Positions 63,961 to 64,000 of a stretch of 64,000 nucleotides of DNA are shown here, piece after piece. Within the stretch, counting starts at the first letter, position 1, and each line of letters opens with the position of its first letter. The DNA comes from Mobula hypostoma. Its lineage: Eukaryota. The position numbers and the translations under genes were made by a program. The stretch is taken from positions 67,458,001-67,522,000 of the forward strand of contig NC_086097.1 of NCBI RefSeq assembly GCF_963921235.1. Direction: 5' to 3'. The notes beneath the pieces are model-generated. The model saw nothing but the letters and a program-made list of their open reading frames with translations, had not been told where the DNA came from and ran no database searches.

Positions 63961-64000
63961 GCTCTACCTAGAAGAATTCTGGAAGATAGGCCATCAACTG

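Overview
Repeat-rich, AT-rich vertebrate genomic DNA. The repeat complement (CR1 LINEs with an esterase-type ORF1, Rex1/Babar, Penelope-like elements, tRNA-derived SINEs, Gypsy, Tc1, L1) suggests a cartilaginous fish; this is an inference. Most ORFs in the track are decayed transposon fragments or spurious. The only recognisable host gene is the 5' end of a HIF prolyl-hydroxylase (EGLN/PHD) locus on the + strand, which has two separate coding exons that each look like a first exon. Exon 1A (40848-42197, 450 codons) encodes a long low-complexity N-terminus with an NLS-like motif and a PHD1/PHD2-like N-terminal half of the catalytic domain with an extended beta2-beta3 loop. Exon 1B (51664-52002) is a canonical EGLN3/PHD3 first exon. 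Both end at the homologous phase-0 splice donor, each has its own CpG- and HRE-rich promoter, and I found no downstream catalytic exon between them. This suggests one oxygen-sensor gene making two enzymes with different substrate-selection loops. The second notable theme is Penelope-like elements carrying minimal hammerhead ribozymes, inserted as long palindromes with 14-bp target-site duplications and a shared breakpoint. Boundaries of old repeats were read by eye and are approximate.
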